From: an uncultured Coprococcus sp.
GTDB lineage: Bacteria > Bacillota > Clostridia > Lachnospirales > Lachnospiraceae
Direction of reading: 5' to 3'
NCBI GenBank assembly: GCA_947632705.1
Contig: CANRQE010000006.1
Coordinates: forward strand, 2,974-66,973
DNA length: 64,000 nt
The position numbers were made by a program, and so were the translations under genes. Positions 8,751 to 17,714 of the stretch are shown one piece after another; position 1 is the first letter of the stretch, and every line of letters begins with the position of its first letter. The notes beneath the pieces are model-generated. The model did not search any database. It was not told the origin of the DNA and saw nothing but the letters and a program-made list of their open reading frames with translations.

Positions 8751-10841
8751 CTATGATTCCGCAAACGGTTCATTCAGTTTTTCCGTGCCCGGCAGTACAA
8801 ACCGTCCGTTTTCAATGATCGGTATACGCATGCCGTCCGGATGAACGGAATAGATTCCACCTATTTCATCATAAGGAATGGTGATATCCGTATGGCAGTT
8901 AAAATAGGCTTTTGAAGGATCCGTATCCCTGAGCAGGGAACATTCATTGTCCTTTGCCACAATTTCTTTTCCATCCGGATTATGCAGAATTGTATCTTCA
9001 CTCCAGCTATAGCAGGTATCCCCCACGGCAAAATGCGGTCCCATTTTTTCAACAATCAGAATCGGCAGCTGATACACAATATCATACCGATTTGCCATTA
9101 CATAGGCAGTCGTGTTCGTTCCAATGGCAAACTCGCCAATTGGAAGCGTCTCCCTTCCCATCAGCAGATTTTCCCTGATATAATTCCTGCCTGCTTCTGC
9201 CTCCGTAAAATTATCACAGCTATAGTCCGTGATCATACCATCATGAAAAGTCAGCTTTAAATTGATATATTTCAAATCATGAAGATATACCTCACTGACG
9301 TTTAAAACGCCTTCTGTTCCTGTCAGCTTCGGGGAAGTAAAGACTTCTCCCACCGGAATATTCACATCTGCAACACAGTTCTCAAAATTCGTTTCCTTTT
9401 CAGGATGCGCCAGCACATGCATATTGACAAGGATATCTGTCTGGTTGCTTCCTTTTCCAAGCACATGGATGCTCTCCGCCTGATCCAGTTCATCGATCAG
9501 GCTCTGCTGGATGCGTCTGTACAGGTCATTATCCAGTGTATTGATCTTAACAATCTCCCTGAATATCTCCTGATAGTTTTCTCCGATTTCCGGTACCGGA
9601 TAGGCAATGATCGTAAAACTGTACTGATCCTTGCGAATATATTTGTTTACAATCTTTGCACTTTCCGCAGCATATGCTACGGCAAGCTCCTGCTGTTTCT
9701 TACTTAACACCGGACTGTATTTCTTATTTACCGGATCAAAGGGCTTCTCCCCGAAAATCTCTATACATGCAGGGCCTGCATACACGGACGCCTCATACGC
9801 ATACGCCTTATACGCCTGTTCTAAGATCTCAAGCTTACGTTCCATCAGCTTTTTATCAAAAAACAACGCCTCATCCATTCTGTGATCGTATTCCATCTGT
9901 TGATTCAATGCTGTTGCCTGATATCCTGTTTTCTGCATCAGCCGGCGGTTGATCCTGTTTCCGGCATACCGATGACAAACCGGCTCCAGTCCCATTCTTT
10001 GAAACTGTCTGATTGCCGCCCTGACCATACGTTCCTGTCCGATCACATACCTGATATTGACCGTTTTCTTTTTGGAAAGATCAATTCCTGCCGCAGCAAA
10101 GCCCAGCCGGAATCCCTCGGTATAAGTAGACGCCATATTCTCTATCTCTGCTTCCGTCATCGTATTTAGAAAAGCTGCTGTTTCTTTTTCATTTTTACCG
10201 ATATATTCTCCGTATCGATAAAGATAGGACAGATCCTGCAGATCACTGTTCATGATAATATCTGTCGCAAAAGATAATACCGGATCTAACTGCTCCCTGA
10301 TCCGACAGGTCATAAAATATTCTGCATAGTCATGCTCAAACGAATAGATGATGTTTCGTAATTCTATTTCACTGACTCCAAATGTAAACATGGAATATAT
10401 CTCCATAAACAGTTCGGCAAACAACGTGATATCCACAATCCGTCCTTCAAAGGCACAGGCAATCAGGCCACGGATTTCATAATATAAGAAGGATAAAATC
10501 TGCGCAATCCCCTGCTCTGACGGATTTTCTCCTGCAAGCTTTTCAACCGCATAATCAGGATTGCAATATGAGTTTACATAATTTTCATGAGTTATGTCTA
10601 CATACAGTTCTTCATTCAGAGCTTCCAGTTCTTCTTCTGAAAGCTTCTCAATCTGACCATCAGCAGTCAGCTTCAATACCTTGTCAAGCAGCATGATAAA
10701 CTGCGCAACAAAAGAAAAATATCCCTGATAAACGTCAGGGACAGCATGTTCCTCGGGAATCATGGAAATCCGTTCTGTCATCAGCTCATAGCGCTCTTTT
10801 ATATCCGTATATTCCTCAAGATTGTCTTTATAATAATTCAT
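8751..10841 (-). CDS. M29-family (thermophilic metalloprotease/AmpS-like) aminopeptidase with a long N-terminal extension
   Basis: C-terminal metal-ligand motifs PVGEVFTSP, GEFAIG, EKMGPHFA, HTD. Confidence 0.8.
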   Translation of the reverse strand: MNYYKDNLEEYTDIKERYELMTERISMIPEEHAVPDVYQGYFSFVAQFIMLLDKVLKLTADGQIEKLSEEELEALNEELYVDITHENYVNSYCNPDYAVEKLAGENPSEQGIAQILSFLYYEIRGLIACAFEGRIVDITLFAELFMEIYSMFTFGVSEIELRNIIYSFEHDYAEYFMTCRIREQLDPVLSFATDIIMNSDLQDLSYLYRYGEYIGKNEKETAAFLNTMTEAEIENMASTYTEGFRLGFAAAGIDLSKKKTVNIRYVIGQERMVRAAIRQFQRMGLEPVCHRYAGNRINRRLMQKTGYQATALNQQMEYDHRMDEALFFDKKLMERKLEILEQAYKAYAYEASVYAGPACIEIFGEKPFDPVNKKYSPVLSKKQQELAVAYAAESAKIVNKYIRKDQYSFTIIAYPVPEIGENYQEIFREIVKINTLDNDLYRRIQQSLIDELDQAESIHVLGKGSNQTDILVNMHVLAHPEKETNFENCVADVNIPVGEVFTSPKLTGTEGVLNVSEVYLHDLKYINLKLTFHDGMITDYSCDNFTEAEAGRNYIRENLLMGRETLPIGEFAIGTNTTAYVMANRYDIVYQLPILIVEKMGPHFAVGDTCYSWSEDTILHNPDGKEIVAKDNECSLLRDTDPSKAYFNCHTDITIPYDEIGGIYSVHPDGMRIPIIENGRFVLPGTEKLNEPFAES

Positions 10842-11430
10842 GGTCGCTCCTTATATTTCCTGCTTCTATATTTTTTTGAATCATCGTATCCAGATACGCA
10901 TAAAGCTTTTCTGAACCTTCTCCGGTCCTGCGGTTTCTTTCATAAACCTGACTGCTTCTGACTGCATGCTCCCTCCAGGCTTTTCCATCGGCTGCATCAT
11001 TTAATAACACAGGCTGAAAATTGTCCAGCGTATGCGCAAATTTTGCTTCCGGAGTCTTCCATTCCTCAAATTCTTCCCAAAGCTGTCTGAGCTTTAATTC
11101 CTGATCCTGAGGCAGAATTCCAAAGATTCTGTCAGCCGCAGTATGCTCCCGTTCATATTTTGTTTTCTGCCCTTGATCGTCATAGGCATATGTATCTCCT
11201 GCATCAATTTCCACCAGATCATGAACCAATACCATACTGATCACCTTCAGCAGATTGATGTTTTCATTTGCATATTCTGATAGTAGTATTGCCATCATCC
11301 CCAGATGCCATGCATGCTCTGCATCATTCTCTTTTCGGGACGCATCTGCCAGATAGGTCTGTCTGCCAATCTGCTTGCTTTTATCAATCTCCAGAAGAAA
11401 CTCCATCTGTTTTTTCAGTCTTTCATCCAT
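10828..11430 (-). CDS. HD-domain phosphohydrolase (YfbR/HDDC2-like)
   Basis: ENDAEHAWH...HDLVEIDAGD...LD motif pattern. Confidence 0.8.
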   Translation of the reverse strand: MDERLKKQMEFLLEIDKSKQIGRQTYLADASRKENDAEHAWHLGMMAILLSEYANENINLLKVISMVLVHDLVEIDAGDTYAYDDQGQKTKYEREHTAADRIFGILPQDQELKLRQLWEEFEEWKTPEAKFAHTLDNFQPVLLNDAADGKAWREHAVRSSQVYERNRRTGEGSEKLYAYLDTMIQKNIEAGNIRSDHELL

Positions 11431-11473
11431 ATATCAATTCTGACCTCCTGCAAATATTTGCAGACTCTCTGCC

Positions 11474-11788
11474 TCACAGTCCTTTGAATAAAAATATCAC
11501 TGATACAATCAGGGTAACTGCATTGAGAATAATAGACAGCTTCTTGCCTGTCACACTGCCTTCATCATCATTGTAGCCCAAAATTGCAAATAAAACGCCT
11601 GTAAAAGACATCACAAGCGCACTCATCATAAGCACGCCGTAAATCCTTTCCACATTGCCCTTGGAAACTATGGATTTCACTACAGACAACAGAATAAACA
11701 CACCGCTTAAGATTCCAAGACAATATGCAATTACCGTATCGGAAGCACTTCCCTTCGGTGCTACCTGAAACCGCCTATTTCGAAACAT
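11474..11788 (-). CDS. Small three-TM membrane protein (DUF6142-like)
   Basis: 104 aa, three hydrophobic segments, overlaps the vanZ-like stop. Family name is from recollection only. Confidence 0.55.
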   Translation of the reverse strand: MFRNRRFQVAPKGSASDTVIAYCLGILSGVFILLSVVKSIVSKGNVERIYGVLMMSALVMSFTGVLFAILGYNDDEGSVTGKKLSIILNAVTLIVSVIFLFKGL

Positions 11789-12248
11789 GTTTCCTTCTCC
11801 TTCTGTCTATACAGGCCAAAATCCGGTAAATCATATAACCTAAAATGCCGCCAAACGTATTCATGATAATGTCATCGACATCAAATACACCAAGTCTGGT
11901 TATCAGCTGCACGCATTCAATGCCAAATGTAAAAGCAAAGGAATAAAAAAATGCAGCAAAAGCATTGGTCTTTTGCCTTCTTACAAAACGAAGCAGCATG
12001 CCAAACGGCATAAATGCAGCAACATTTCCAACCAGATTCAACACGACACTTTCTGTCGGTAACAACTTTCTATATTTTATAAACCGCCTAATCTCAAAAA
12101 AGGGCTCCAGATTGTAACGCATCTCTTCATACGCCTGTCCGCGTCCAAATCCGTCACTGAAGAGCAAAAAGTAGATTAATACGATTATGTATATGATAAA
12201 AAGCATGGAACAGAGTTTTCTCAGCTTATCTTTACTGTTTGGGTTCAA
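11775..12248 (-). CDS. VanZ-like membrane protein
   Basis: NL-PF, NLVGNVAAFMPFG, IECVQ...GVFDVDDIIMNTFG motifs. Confidence 0.85.
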   Translation of the reverse strand: MNPNSKDKLRKLCSMLFIIYIIVLIYFLLFSDGFGRGQAYEEMRYNLEPFFEIRRFIKYRKLLPTESVVLNLVGNVAAFMPFGMLLRFVRRQKTNAFAAFFYSFAFTFGIECVQLITRLGVFDVDDIIMNTFGGILGYMIYRILACIDRRRRKHVSK

Positions 12249-12309
12249 AATATTTACACCCCATATTTCATATTCATTTCACATAATTATGCATTCCCCG
12301 GATGTATAA

Positions 12310-13515
12310 TCAGACTTTTCTCAATTTCATCAGCTCAGATAACAGTACATCTGCACAATCGTCCTTACTCATCAGAGGCAGCTCTATGGTCTGTTCTTTA
12401 CTGATCAGGGTCAGCACATTGGTATCCACGCCAAAACCGGCACCCTCTGTCTTCAGATTATTCGCAGCAATCAGATCCACATGCTTTGTTTCAAGCTTCT
12501 TTCTGGAATTTTCGAGCATGTTCTGCGTCTCCATGGAAAAACCACAAACAATCTGCGGCACTTCAGATTCCGGCCTGTGACTTCCGAGATATGCCAGAAT
12601 GTCCTCCGTCCGTTTCAGGCTGATTGTCATATCAGAGTCGGATTTCTTTACCTTTTCTCCGGAACACTCCGCAGGCTGATAGTCTGCGACCGCCGCTGCC
12701 ATCACAATCATATCCTGTTTCCCGCTGACTGATGTAACGGCATCATACATTTCTTTGGCAGATGTTATGTTAACTACATGGACAAATTCAGGAGGCATTT
12801 CAGCAACAGGTCCGGTTATAAGAGTTACATCCGCTCCGCGAAGCATGGCCTGTCTGGCAATTGCGTATCCCATTTTACCGGTGGAATGATTGGTTATAAA
12901 CCGGACAGGATCTATACTTTCTCTGGTAGGTCCGGCAGTTATCAGTATCCGGATGCCTTCCATATCCTTTTCTTTTGCAATATGCTTCAATATATGTTCT
13001 ACCAGAAACTCTTCCTTCGGGAGTTTTCCGTTTCCCGTATCTCCGCAGGCAAGATAACCACATGCAGAATCAATCAACGCATATCCGAAAGAAGAAAGCT
13101 TTTTCAGATTATCCTGCACGATCGGATTTTCCAACATTCTGGTATTCATGGCCGGAGCGATCAGCTTCGGACAAACTGCCGCCATTATTGTGGTTGTCAG
13201 CATGTCGTCAGCAATTCCATTTGCAATCTTTCCTATTACATTTGCGGTTGCAGGTGCAACCAGGAACAGATCAGCCTTTTTTGCCAGAGACACATGCTCC
13301 ACATGAAATTCAAAATTTCTGTCAAAGGTATCTACAAGACACTTATTTCCCGTCAGCGTCTCAAAGGTAATCGGATGTATGAAATTGGTTGCATGTTCCG
13401 TCATGATGACATGCACATCTGCATGTAGCTTTACAAGCATACTTGCCACATTTGCCATTTTATATGCCGCAATACTGCCTGTTATTCCTAATACCACCGT
13501 TTTTCCAGTTAACAT
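12310..13515 (-). CDS. coaBC: Bifunctional phosphopantothenoylcysteine decarboxylase/synthetase
   Basis: [43 protein letters not shown] motifs. Confidence 0.97.
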   Translation of the reverse strand: [401 protein letters not shown]

Positions 13516-13561
13516 AACTCTGTTTCTCCCCTGTATCTATTCTCTTCCAGACTGCACTATT

Positions 13562-14407
13562 TTACAATTGGCAGATAAAATTGTCAATCAGTCTTGCTTT
13601 TCCGAATCTGACAGCCATGGCACACAGTACCGTGCCCTGAACCTTATCGATTGGCTGCATGGTATCCATATTTACCATTTCCACATACTCAATATCCGCA
13701 AGAGGCTCTGCAGCAATCAGGGCCTTCATAGCCTCCACGATCTCCTTTGCATCCCTGCAGCCCTCTTCTATCTTATGCTTTCCGAAAGTAACTGCCCGGC
13801 TCAGTACAACTGCTGCCTGCCTTTCTTCCTTCGTCAGATAAATATTTCTGGAGCTTTTTGCAAGTCCGTCTGCCTCTCTGACGATTGGACAGCCGACAAT
13901 TTCAATATCCATATTCAAATCCATAACCATCCTGCGGATAATGGCAAGCTGCTGGGCATCCTTTTCACCGAAATAAGCACGGTCAGGCGTGACAATATGA
14001 AATAATTTATTGACAACGGTACAAACTCCCTTAAAATGCACCGGTCTTGTCAGCCCACATAAGGCATCCGGCAAACCTGTCATGTTTACATAAGAACAGA
14101 ATCCCGGACGATACATCTCCTCCGGCTCCGGATGAAAGATGACGTCTGCGCCGGCTTTTTCACATAATTCTGCATCCGCCTGCAAATCCCGCGGATAGCT
14201 CTCCAGATCCTCTGCAGGGCCAAACTGCATGGGATTTACAAAGATACTGACAACCGTTCTGTCATTTTGCTCTACGGATTTTAAAATCAGGCTTTGATGT
14301 CCCTCATGCAGATACCCCATAGTCGGTACAAGCCCAACTGTCAGATTTTCTTTTCTCCATGCTTTTACCTGCGCGCGTACCTCTTCTATCGTTTTTAAAA
14401 TTTTCAT
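13562..14407 (-). CDS. panC: Pantoate--beta-alanine ligase
   Basis: VPTMGYLHEGH, FVNPMQFG, RPVHF-GV, FGEKDAQQ, RLIDN motifs. Start corrected to 14407. Confidence 0.97.
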   Translation of the reverse strand: MKILKTIEEVRAQVKAWRKENLTVGLVPTMGYLHEGHQSLILKSVEQNDRTVVSIFVNPMQFGPAEDLESYPRDLQADAELCEKAGADVIFHPEPEEMYRPGFCSYVNMTGLPDALCGLTRPVHFKGVCTVVNKLFHIVTPDRAYFGEKDAQQLAIIRRMVMDLNMDIEIVGCPIVREADGLAKSSRNIYLTKEERQAAVVLSRAVTFGKHKIEEGCRDAKEIVEAMKALIAAEPLADIEYVEMVNMDTMQPIDKVQGTVLCAMAVRFGKARLIDNFICQL

Positions 14408-14426
14408 CTTTTTTTCTCCTTGTGTT

Positions 14427-15254
14427 TTAGTACAATTTTCCAATGACTTCATCATCTATTTTATAGGAATGCTCCTCTGCCGGAAAGCTTCCCTCCTGAA
14501 TTTCGTTCATATATGTCCTGACTGCATCCTTGATGATGGCTCCGACATTTGCATATTGCTTTACAAATTTTGGCTTATAATCCGTAAACATTCCCAGCAT
14601 ATCCTGATATACCAGCACCTGCCCGTCACAATCCGGTCCCGCACCGATCCCGATTGTCGGAATATGGACACTTTCAGTCACAAGCTTTGCAAGCTTTGCC
14701 GGCACACATTCAAGCACGACGGCAAAAGCGCCTGCCGCCTCTACCGCTTTTGCATCTTCAATCAGCTTTCTTGCCGCTGCCTCCGTCTTTCCCTGTACCT
14801 TATATCCTCCAAAAGCATTGATTGACTGCGGCGTCAGCCCCAGATGTGCAACGACCGGGATACTTGCCGAAACAATTGCCTGAATCTGCGGACAAACCTC
14901 TTTACCGCCTTCCAGCTTCACTGCCTGTGCACGGCCTTCCTTCATCAATCTCCCGGCATTGACAACCGCATCATATACGCCGGTCTGATAAGACATAAAC
15001 GGCATATCGCAGACCACCATAGCCTGCCCGGCTCCCCTTGCTACGGCGGCACAGTGATGGATCATATCCTCCATCGTAACGGATATGGTATCTTCATATC
15101 CAAGAATCACATTTCCCAGGGAATCTCCCACCAGGATCATATGCACGCCCGCTTCATCCAAAAGCTTAGCCGTACTGTAGTCATAGGCTGTCAGCATGGC
15201 AATCTTATTTCCGTTTTCTTTTGCCTGTAAAATGGTTGATGTTGTGTTTTTCAT
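14427..15254 (-). CDS. panB: 3-methyl-2-oxobutanoate hydroxymethyltransferase
   Basis: [30 protein letters not shown] motifs. Confidence 0.97.
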   Translation of the reverse strand: MKNTTSTILQAKENGNKIAMLTAYDYSTAKLLDEAGVHMILVGDSLGNVILGYEDTISVTMEDMIHHCAAVARGAGQAMVVCDMPFMSYQTGVYDAVVNAGRLMKEGRAQAVKLEGGKEVCPQIQAIVSASIPVVAHLGLTPQSINAFGGYKVQGKTEAAARKLIEDAKAVEAAGAFAVVLECVPAKLAKLVTESVHIPTIGIGAGPDCDGQVLVYQDMLGMFTDYKPKFVKQYANVGAIIKDAVRTYMNEIQEGSFPAEEHSYKIDDEVIGKLY

Positions 15255-15320
15255 AACTCTAATTCTCCTATTTTCGTATAATTTCCGATTGCTAATGACG
15301 GAACCGGTTTCCCGGCTGTC

Positions 15321-16223
15321 TTATTCGGATGTCTGTCCAAAACCGGTATGAAGCAGGCGTTCCATTTCACTGTAATCTCTATTTGGATGCTTACAGCGGG
15401 CAACTCTAAGTATCTCAAGGGAAGCTGCCTGATAGAGACTCCGCTCATTGTCTGCCAGAATGTGCAGATGTTTTTTTACGGTTGCAACATCATTTCTTTC
15501 CACCGGTCCCGTCAGACTGTCCTCCGGACCATCAGACGCTACTTTGTCTGCGTTTCCGAGAAAAAGCGGTGCCAAAGCCGTTCTTGTCTGATTCTTATCA
15601 AATCCGCAGTCCGACAGAAGCTCTTCGGCACAGGCGAACAGGCCTGTTACAAGATTGCTTGCAAAAACTGCTGAACAATGATAACGGACTTTGTTTTCAG
15701 CGGAAATAACAACACAGGGATTCCCCAGGGACACTATAAAATTCCGTATTGCCTCTGCCCATTGGGGATGTCCCTCTACCGTAAAGAAGGCCTGCTGCAT
15801 TTCTTTGTAGGATTCCGTTTTTGAACTGATTGCATACATAGGATGAATCGAATAACCAAAGGCTCCCGCCTCTGTTACACCTGAAAAAATCTGAGATGTC
15901 ATGGCACCACTGCAATGACAAATGAGCTTCCCCTGAATCGGGAATAACCGTATCTGCTCCCATACTCTTTCAATAGCCGCATCCGGTACAGTGAGCAGAA
16001 CTATATCACTGGCACTTAATAAATCTTCTATCCGGCTGTAATATCTGGTATCGGTAAATTCTGCCGCATGGCGGGCACTGGTTTCATGCATACTGAAATA
16101 ACCGCTGACACTCATGTCCGCAAATTCCGTATGCTGCGCTTTTTTTTGTTCCTCCAATCGGAGAAGCAGATATTTTCCAAGCGTAAAACCAACCTTTCCG
16201 GCACCTATCCATCCAATCCTCAT
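15321..16223 (-). CDS. panG: Rossmann-like + DUF2520 protein, probable non-canonical ketopantoate reductase (PanG-type)
   Basis: GxGxxG (IGAGKVG), LLTVPD, HCSGA, SIHP, YH...ASN, LTGPVERND motifs. First gene of the pan cluster. Confidence 0.75.
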   Translation of the reverse strand: MRIGWIGAGKVGFTLGKYLLLRLEEQKKAQHTEFADMSVSGYFSMHETSARHAAEFTDTRYYSRIEDLLSASDIVLLTVPDAAIERVWEQIRLFPIQGKLICHCSGAMTSQIFSGVTEAGAFGYSIHPMYAISSKTESYKEMQQAFFTVEGHPQWAEAIRNFIVSLGNPCVVISAENKVRYHCSAVFASNLVTGLFACAEELLSDCGFDKNQTRTALAPLFLGNADKVASDGPEDSLTGPVERNDVATVKKHLHILADNERSLYQAASLEILRVARCKHPNRDYSEMERLLHTGFGQTSE

Positions 16224-16314
16224 ATTATCACCTGCCATCAAGTCCAGTTTTTGTGGTGCATTATCAGGTATAGTTTCTTTCGAATACCATCCACCCCTAC
16301 AATACCATTTGACG

Positions 16315-16368
16315 GAAAAAAAGTAAAGAAAAAGAAGCTCTGAACTTATTTTTTCAAAGAGCTTCTTT
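16315..16368 (-). terminator. Intrinsic terminator after purC
   Basis: AAAGAAGCTCT / AGAGCTTCTTT stem followed by a long T-rich tract on the minus strand. Confidence 0.7.
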
Positions 16369-16399
16369 GTTTATTCCATAAATTTTACGTTTGAAGGCA

Positions 16400-17104
16400 C
16401 TATTTGCCCTGCATACGCGCCAGAACTTCCTTATAGGTTTCTATCAGATCTCCGATATCCTGTCTGAATACATCCTTATCGTATTTCTGGTTGGTATCTA
16501 CATCCCAAAGCCGGCAGGAATCCGGTGAAATCTCATCTGCAAGCAGAATTTCTCCATCCTTTGTCTTACCGAATTCAATCTTAAAATCAACCAGTTTCAG
16601 ATTAAACTGCAGAAAGAATTCCTTTAACAGCTCATTAATCTTCAGAGTTGTCTTCTTTATGTATGCAAGCTCCTGTCTGGTCGCAAGCTTTAATGCAACA
16701 GCATGGTCATCATTAATCAGCGGATCTCCGTACTCATCATTTTTATAGCTCATTTCAAAGATCGGTTCTTCCAAAACAATCCCTTCCGGTGCGCCAAGTC
16801 TCTTACAGAAGGAGCCTGTTGTTATATTTCTGATAATAACTTCTAACGGGAAAATTTCAACCTTCCTGACCCTGATATCTCTTTCATTCAGCTTCTCAAT
16901 CATATGGGTCCGGATTCCGGCTTCCTCTAACATGTCAAAAATAATGCATGAAATCGTATTGTTTAACACACCTTTTCCTTCAAACTGGTCATGTTTTACA
17001 CCGTTGCCTGCCGTTGCATCATCCTTATAATGAATGATGTATTCATCCGGATTCTCTGTCTCATATACCTGCTTTGCTTTTCCTTCGTACAATAATTTTG
17101 CCAT
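16400..17104 (-). CDS. purC: SAICAR synthetase
   Basis: LYEGKAK, KDDATA, LVDFKIEFG, DEISPDSCRLWD, DKDVFR motifs. Confidence 0.97.
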   Translation of the reverse strand: MAKLLYEGKAKQVYETENPDEYIIHYKDDATAGNGVKHDQFEGKGVLNNTISCIIFDMLEEAGIRTHMIEKLNERDIRVRKVEIFPLEVIIRNITTGSFCKRLGAPEGIVLEEPIFEMSYKNDEYGDPLINDDHAVALKLATRQELAYIKKTTLKINELLKEFFLQFNLKLVDFKIEFGKTKDGEILLADEISPDSCRLWDVDTNQKYDKDVFRQDIGDLIETYKEVLARMQGK

Positions 17105-17119
17105 ATTCTTATACCCCTT

Positions 17120-17608
17120 TTATTGAAATTTTTCTATTACTTCTGCATTTGCTTTCATGGCGGCAGCTTCCATATCCTGCCGTTCCTTCAGTAACCGTTC
17201 CCGGATCTCACCGTGCTTGACAGCCATAATCTGAAGTGCCAGGTATGCGGCATTCTTGCTTCCGTTGATTGCAACCGTCGCAACAGGGATACCGGAAGGC
17301 ATCTGGACAATCGAAAGCAAGGCGTCCATGCCGTCCAGAGCTGCACCGCAAAGCGGCACTCCGATGACCGGAAGTACTGTCTGGGAAGCTACCACTCCCG
17401 GAAGGGCTGCAGCCATACCGGCTGCCGCAATAATGACCTCCGTCCCATTTTCATTCGTTTCCTTCACAAATTCAGAAAGTCCTGCATGGGCTCTATGCGC
17501 CGAAAGACATCTGACATCTGTCTGCACACCATATTCCTTTAAAATTCTGACTGCCGGTTCCACTTTTTCCAGATCACTGACAGAACCCATAATAATTGCT
17601 GCTCTCAT
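17120..17608 (-). CDS. purE: N5-CAIR mutase
   Basis: IIMGSVSD, SAHR, AGMAAALPGVVA, PVIGVP, SIVQMPSGIPVATV motifs. Confidence 0.97.
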   Translation of the reverse strand: MRAAIIMGSVSDLEKVEPAVRILKEYGVQTDVRCLSAHRAHAGLSEFVKETNENGTEVIIAAAGMAAALPGVVASQTVLPVIGVPLCGAALDGMDALLSIVQMPSGIPVATVAINGSKNAAYLALQIMAVKHGEIRERLLKERQDMEAAAMKANAEVIEKFQ

Positions 17609-17654
17609 GTACTATCCTCTTTTCCTGTATTTGTAAGTTTTTATTCCTAGCATC

Positions 17655-17682
17655 ATTTTATATGATATCCGGACAAATGCAA
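17655..17682 (-). promoter_or_regulatory. SigA-type promoter for purE-purC
   Basis: TTGCAT-N16-TAAAAT on the minus strand. Confidence 0.55.
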
Positions 17683-17714
17683 GCTTTTTTTCACCGAAAA
17701 CCATAAAACCTGTG

